DNA of 64,000 nucleotides from Vitrella brassicaformis CCMP3155 (lineage: Eukaryota > Protista > Chromerida). Location of the stretch: NCBI GenBank assembly GCA_001179505.1, contig CDMY01000349.1, forward strand, positions 43,634 through 107,633. The letters are read 5' to 3'. The position numbers and the translations under genes were made by a program. Shown piece after piece: positions 58,789 through 64,000 of the stretch. The notes below the pieces were generated by a model. That model made no database searches. It had not been told where the DNA came from and saw only the letters and a program-made list of their open reading frames with translations. Each line of letters opens with the position of its first letter. Position 1 is the stretch's first letter.

Positions 58789-61700
58789 CTACTTGTCTGC
58801 GCCATAATCTACCTGTGGCTTCAGTGCAGGGGCAGAGGGATAGGAGGGCGGGAGGAAGCTCAAGCCATCGATCAGCGCCCCCCTCTCATTCGCCGTCTGC
58901 CTCTCCCTCTCTGTCTCGTCACCAGCGTTGTTCGCCATGCTGGCCGTGTTGGTCTGCCCACTGCTGTATAGCAGCCCCAACTGTGTGTGTGTGGCGCTCG
59001 GCCGCTCGTCCTGCATCAACGTGGAAGGCCGGTGGGAGGAGGGGGAGGGGTGGTAGAGAGACAGGGGCGGCTGGGGCGGCAGCGATCGGTCGACGGCTGG
59101 CTGCTGGGCCCCTCCTAAGTGCGAGGCGGTGCTCAGTTTCTTGGATTGCCTGTGGTGCATCGTGCCTTGGTGGCCGCCGGTAGCTGTGCTTGCCGATTTT
59201 GGTGGTCTGGCGGTGTTGTATGCGTATCTGTATGCACGCCTCGGGCGGCCGGATGGGTCGACGCTGCTGTTGCTGTAGTTGCTGCCATTGGACTCAGCGT
59301 CGTTGCCCTGGCTCGGCGTTGCCCCTGTGGGTATAGACGTGGTGTAGTTGTTGTACCTACGCATGACGGAGACATGGACAAATAAGGCAGTCTGTGCACT
59401 TCTCGCAGACACGCTTCCTCACTGGTTGACTCTCAGATTCCAAAAGGATGTTTTCGAGGATTTGCTCGATGGTATGGGGTCACCGCGGTCGATTAGCACT
59501 GACATAAGGGCCGTCCAGAACCCGCCTGTGCCGGGCATGCGCTGCAGAGACATGTGAACAGCAGGGTGAGTGTACTGCTCTGCTGGTCGGTGTGTGTGCA
59601 TGTGTGGTGGAGTCGACTTACGCGGATGGCCACAAGGATGATCGAGAAAAAGATAAACAGAAGGATCCCAATGACCTCCACAACTGAATGAATGAATGAC
59701 CAGCCAGCCAGCGTGTGTCCTCATGTTGTCATGTCTCCTTATCTTCCTCTCACGCCTACATAGGAAGATGTTGTTGGTGCTGGAGAATCTGTCCTCGTCC
59801 TGGTCGATATGGAGGGCCACGAGCGTCAGGATGTGCAGGTAAAATATCGACAGCCACCGATCCAGGTACACATCCTTCTTCCGACGCCACGGGTCATTGA
59901 ATTGCTGCACGTCCACACAAACGAATGTCCTCGTTCCATGCGTGGACACGTGGGGTGTGCTCGTGTGTCTGTCGGTGTGTGCGTTCGAACCAGCAGGACG
60001 AGGTATGCGACGATGATGCATGTGATCCACTGCAGCTGGTACATGCCCTGCTTGGGCAGCACTGTGGTGGAGAGGGCGATGAGCAGGTTGCGCGTGATCC
60101 ACACCACAGCCCACCACACCTTCCCGCTCGCGTACTTGTCCATCAACGCACCATAGAAACTCACAAACCCTGCACGATTCAACGGGCGAAGGAACGGACA
60201 CATTCACGGTGGGTGCATCTTGGTAAGGGTAGATAGATCACCTATACCCCTACCTCTGTCGCACCATCTGTAGTGGAGGAGTATTGCGAATCTGACGACG
60301 ACCACATATGTGCCTGCGACGTAGATGAGTATGGCCAGTGCAGTCATCCACAGGAAGGCACGCCACCGGTCGGCGGACTCGCTGGCGCCGCCACATAGAA
60401 TGTAGGGATACTCGAGCACACTCCACTCGCCAGTAGGGTGCTGCAGAAGATAGATGTCACCCACGCACCGGCCCACTTTACAGACAGGTGCTCATGGGTG
60501 TGCGTTGCTCGTTGCTCACCTTGTAGCAGTCGATGGCCACGAACGTCATTCGACAGAAGGCGATGAAGAAGGTCGTAAACACAGTGAGAATCGTCGCATA
60601 CACCTGGGAGGCAGGAAGATAGGCAGATAGGCAACAGAGACACCGGAATACATACGCAGAAAAGCCTTCGTTGGTCTGCCTCTCGCACATACTGTGGATA
60701 GCGGCAGGGGTCTGAGAGTGAGGCTAAAGAGCCGGGTCGAGATGATGATGCTCCGGAGGGGCTTCAGCTCCACATTCGGCGCGGGTCTTGGCGCCAGCAT
60801 CTTCTTGGCGGTCTCGGCAAGGTTGTGCAGGCTGTGCTGTATCTTGAGCACGGCTTGGTGGGGCAGTCTGCCGATTGACGACATCACCGGAAAGGACATG
60901 AATGCGAGCTGCTTGACCTTCTGCTTGCTCGTGCCCTCTGCTATCGTCTCCCTGTTATCCTGGTCGCCGCACGACTCGGCCGATGGAGGCCCTGGTCCCT
61001 CCTCATCACAAAACCCCGCCTTGTGTTCCTCGTCCCTCTCCTCTTGCCGCCTGCCTGATGCGTCTCCCTCTTCTGCTTCTTGGTCGGTTGCAGAGGCAAT
61101 GTGGAGAGCTGTTTCAGGCTGAGAGGGGGGCCCGCCGCTCATTTTCCTCTGGCTGGCGGCGAATCGTGGGCTGACCATGGCCTTGTTTCCTCCGACCGAC
61201 CGGGGCGTGAAGAGGTCACTGTAGGTGTTGTTGGTGTTCGTGTTGGTGTTGGTGGGGTTGAAGTTGGTGGTCGTCTTGGTGCCGGTGGCAGCGTGGCTGG
61301 GGAAGGACTGCAACGCCTCAAACGCATCGGTGTAGTTACTGGAAGAGGACGAGGGCAGGGGGAGGGGAGGGGGCGGGGGCGACGCCGACGAAGCGGCGGC
61401 CTCAGGTTCTTCATCTGGGCTGAGGCATGAGGGCGATGGAGCGCGGATCGTCTTGATTCCAAAAAGGCGAAATTGGGTCGAAGCGAAGACTACGCCGGTG
61501 CTCTCATTCTGGTGGTGGAAGTACTTGGCAGGAATCGACGATCCCGACTTGGCAACGGTGCGCGGGGGCAGAGACAGAGAGGGCACCGCAGGGCCAGGCA
61601 TACTACCAGTTTGGGCGTTTGCGAGAGCCCCGTCACTCGCCGCTCCCTCCACTCTCATGTTGTTGCCTCCTCGTCTGTTGCCGTCTTCTGAGGGGTCGGG

Positions 61701-64000
61701 TGACTCCCTGAGGTCGTCAGCTTCATCGTTTTCGTCTTCACTGTCGCTCAACTCCTCGTTGTCAGCGGAAGACGACTCAATGGCCGGAAGCGGGCGGTCG
61801 CCGAACAGCTGTCCTTGTTCCTCTCGTGTCTTCCTGTCAATGAACTCCTCCAGAAGCTGAGCGATCGGTGGAATCAACTGAGACAGGCAGAGACACACGA
61901 ACAAACAGGGCGGTGTGTGTGTGTGTGTAAGTGTAAGTGGGCGTCCATCAATTCTTGCTGACTTGGGAAACGCCGAAGAGGGTCAGCACGGTAAGTACGA
62001 AGACCACGGGCAGGAATAAAGCGAAGTACTGCTGCTCCTCGAATGCGTCGAGCCCGACGCAGTTGAGGCGGAAAGCGATAGGGGTGAAGAGGAAGATTTC
62101 GCACGCGCCAAAGAATATCTGGACGTTCTTGGGCAGCCGCAGGTTGAAAGAGTTGATGACGGCAACCTCTTGCAGGAAAACAAAGATGAGCAGTAAGCCG
62201 TTGCCCTTCTTGAAGCGCGGTGAAGTGGCCACCCACATAAAGAAGAATGTGAAGACCGGCATGCTGAATATGACAAGGAAGGCCGGACCGGCGAGGTTCG
62301 TGGAGCCGCAGTCGAAGCATTTGCCGCTGTGCCTGTAGGGCGCAAAATGGCCTTGGCGGCACTTGCCACACACAAGGTCCTCCCGATTGTCTTCGCATGC
62401 ATTGGCTACACAAAGAGACACAGACAACAGCGAGACAATACATAATTAATAATTAATCGGGTTGAAGCCTTACACTGATTTCCTGGGCATGCTTCTCTGG
62501 GAATGCACATGTAAAGTTCGGCTTGCTGGAAAGGCTTGCTTCGGTCGAACTCGCGAGCCCACCACCCCGGCTCAATCAAAGGGAAATCATCCCCTTCTGA
62601 AAGGCAAACACCGGACAACCACATGACGAATGGCAAATTAAATATCCAAACGAACGGGCGCGTACGGTTGCATATCGTGCGTTTCTGGCAGGGTAGGCAC
62701 ACGTCCTTGACAAAAAGGCCCGTCTCTTCTTCTGCCGTTTGATTGACAGACATGGCGGTGCCGTCGGTGCCGTTCGCAGTGTCGCTGACGCTGACGTTGC
62801 TCACGGCTATTGCCGGCCTTTTGTAGGTGCGATAGAAGCCCGAAGAGCAGATGCACGCCGTGATGGACGAGGCACCGATCAAAGAGGTGGTTTCGCCGGC
62901 AGGACAGCGCGTGCATTCGGTGCTGCCGGGGATGCTCGCGTACGCCCCGAAGTCGCATTTTTGGCAGCTGGTCAGCGCGACGAACTCCGTTTCGTTGATG
63001 GCGCTAAAGCTCCCCACCGGGCACTCGATGCATCCATCGGGGCTGTCTCCTGGATTGAAGGTGCCGTTTTGGCAGAACACACAGCCCTGCTGGCCCTCGA
63101 GCGGTTGTTCCATGCCTACGAACATGAGACAGGCAAGGGGGCGGGAGGAGCAAAAACAGGCGCCCATGTTGCAGTGTTCACGGGAGAAAGGGGAAAGACG
63201 AGCCTACCTCTGGGACATAATCGGCACTGCGTCGCATTTGTCTGGTCCGTGATCCTGTGAGCTGAACAATTTCGGCACTCGATCCCTGAAGCAATGTAAG
63301 CAATATGAGGCTAGTTAATGTCTCCGGCTGCCATGAGCCACCACGCAGTGCCACTCAGTGAGAAATCGGTTGAGTGCGCGAGTGCGTGTGTGAGTGAGAG
63401 GCTGACTGATTCACCCCCCCACCTGTGTTGAACGTCCCAGGTGGGCATCCAACAAAGCTGAACGAGACACAAGCAGGACATCACTCACCAGCTGTCTCAC
63501 TGACTCAGACAGAGAAACAGACAAACAGACAGACCGACAGGCCCGTCCTTGTCTGTTGGTCTGCCTGTCTTCTGTCTGCCTGTCTGCCTGTGGGCCTATC
63601 TATCTGTCTGTCTGTCTGTCCGTCTGTCCGTCTGTGTTTGTGTAAAGGTCATATGTACGCACCGTGATTGGAAGCTGGGCATGAGGATCTGAATAGGCAC
63701 TTCGGCAACGGCCTCGGGTGCCACCGCCTTCAGATCGCTGAAGCTGGTGGTCCCTGGGAACTGCTGGAGCAGGACAAAGGCTCCGTTCAGTCGATTATCC
63801 TTGTCGAACCGCAGGTTGGCGTCCCAGAAGGTGTCGAAGCTGTTACGCCAGAGCTCCAGCTTGATGGCCGCCCGGTTCGTGTCCATGTCGGGACTCCACT
63901 CGGTCAGAAACGAAATGGCAATCGCCAGCAGATGCACTGATGAATGAAGGTGCAAACACGCACAAATACACATGTCATCCCTTCGCCCGCTGCCCGCTGG
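58789..64000 (-). CDS. Class-C-GPCR-like receptor (periplasmic-binding/Venus-flytrap tail + ephrin-like Cys-rich repeats + multi-TM); 5' end outside the window
   Basis: FDTFWDANLRFDKDN...LLQQ...AVAPEAVA...MPSFQSR|FVGCPPGTF; CPVGSFS, CDFGAY, CPAGETT, CICSSGFY, PGWW, C..NREDLVCGKC; then about seven hydrophobic helices with YPYILC, FYGALMDKY, WWAVV and PWRR motifs. Confidence 0.8.

Noticed and set aside
63489-63499. Apparent 11-nt micro-exon (ag|TGAGACAGCTG|gtgagt) in the receptor gene
   Set aside because: Including it breaks the Cys-repeat frame. Direct splicing from the donor at 63662 to the next exon gives SR-FVGCPPG in frame, so it is probably a decoy.
1-64000. tRNA, rRNA or transposase/RT genes
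   Set aside because: No cloverleaf, rRNA-like block, or RT/integrase/DDE motifs were recognised by eye. tRNAscan-SE/Infernal were not run.

Overview
This is eukaryotic nuclear DNA: GC-rich, very intron-dense, with short GT-AG introns full of (TG)n/(CA)n, (TGTC)n and (GGAT)n microsatellites. Gene content (CPW-WPC protein, bipartite signal+transit-peptide proteins, helical-repeat RNA-binding protein) points to a photosynthetic apicomplexan relative, most likely the chromerid Vitrella brassicaformis (inference). I assembled about 19 spliced genes by hand: a DENN-domain protein, a secreted tandem H-lectin-like protein, a small membrane protein resembling giant-virus hypotheticals, a plastid-targeted HPR/OPR-like protein, BTB-BACK-SPRY-like, SHIPPO/STPG-like, signal peptide-ARM-coiled coil-RING, a plastid PDZ protein, an NMNAT-fold pseudoenzyme candidate, a SulP/SLC26 transporter, a Gfo/Idh/MocA oxidoreductase, a coiled-coil protein, a bacterial-type RTX/Ig/beta-helix adhesin with a TM anchor, CPW-WPC, a 5'-truncated class-C-GPCR-like receptor, and several hypotheticals. 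There is one 300-N gap. I saw no rRNA, tRNA, CRISPR array or transposase. The strongest leads are: (1) the RTX-adhesin chimera, which also carries an apparent frameshift and nonsense codon; (2) 5'-(CA)n / 3'-(TG)n polarity inside introns, suggesting RNA-structure-assisted splicing; (3) a 22-25 nt motif found three times, always at gene 5' ends; (4) an obligatory 5-nt micro-exon; (5) a perfect 16-bp hairpin between convergent genes. Exon boundaries were read by eye and family calls come from motif recognition, not database searches.
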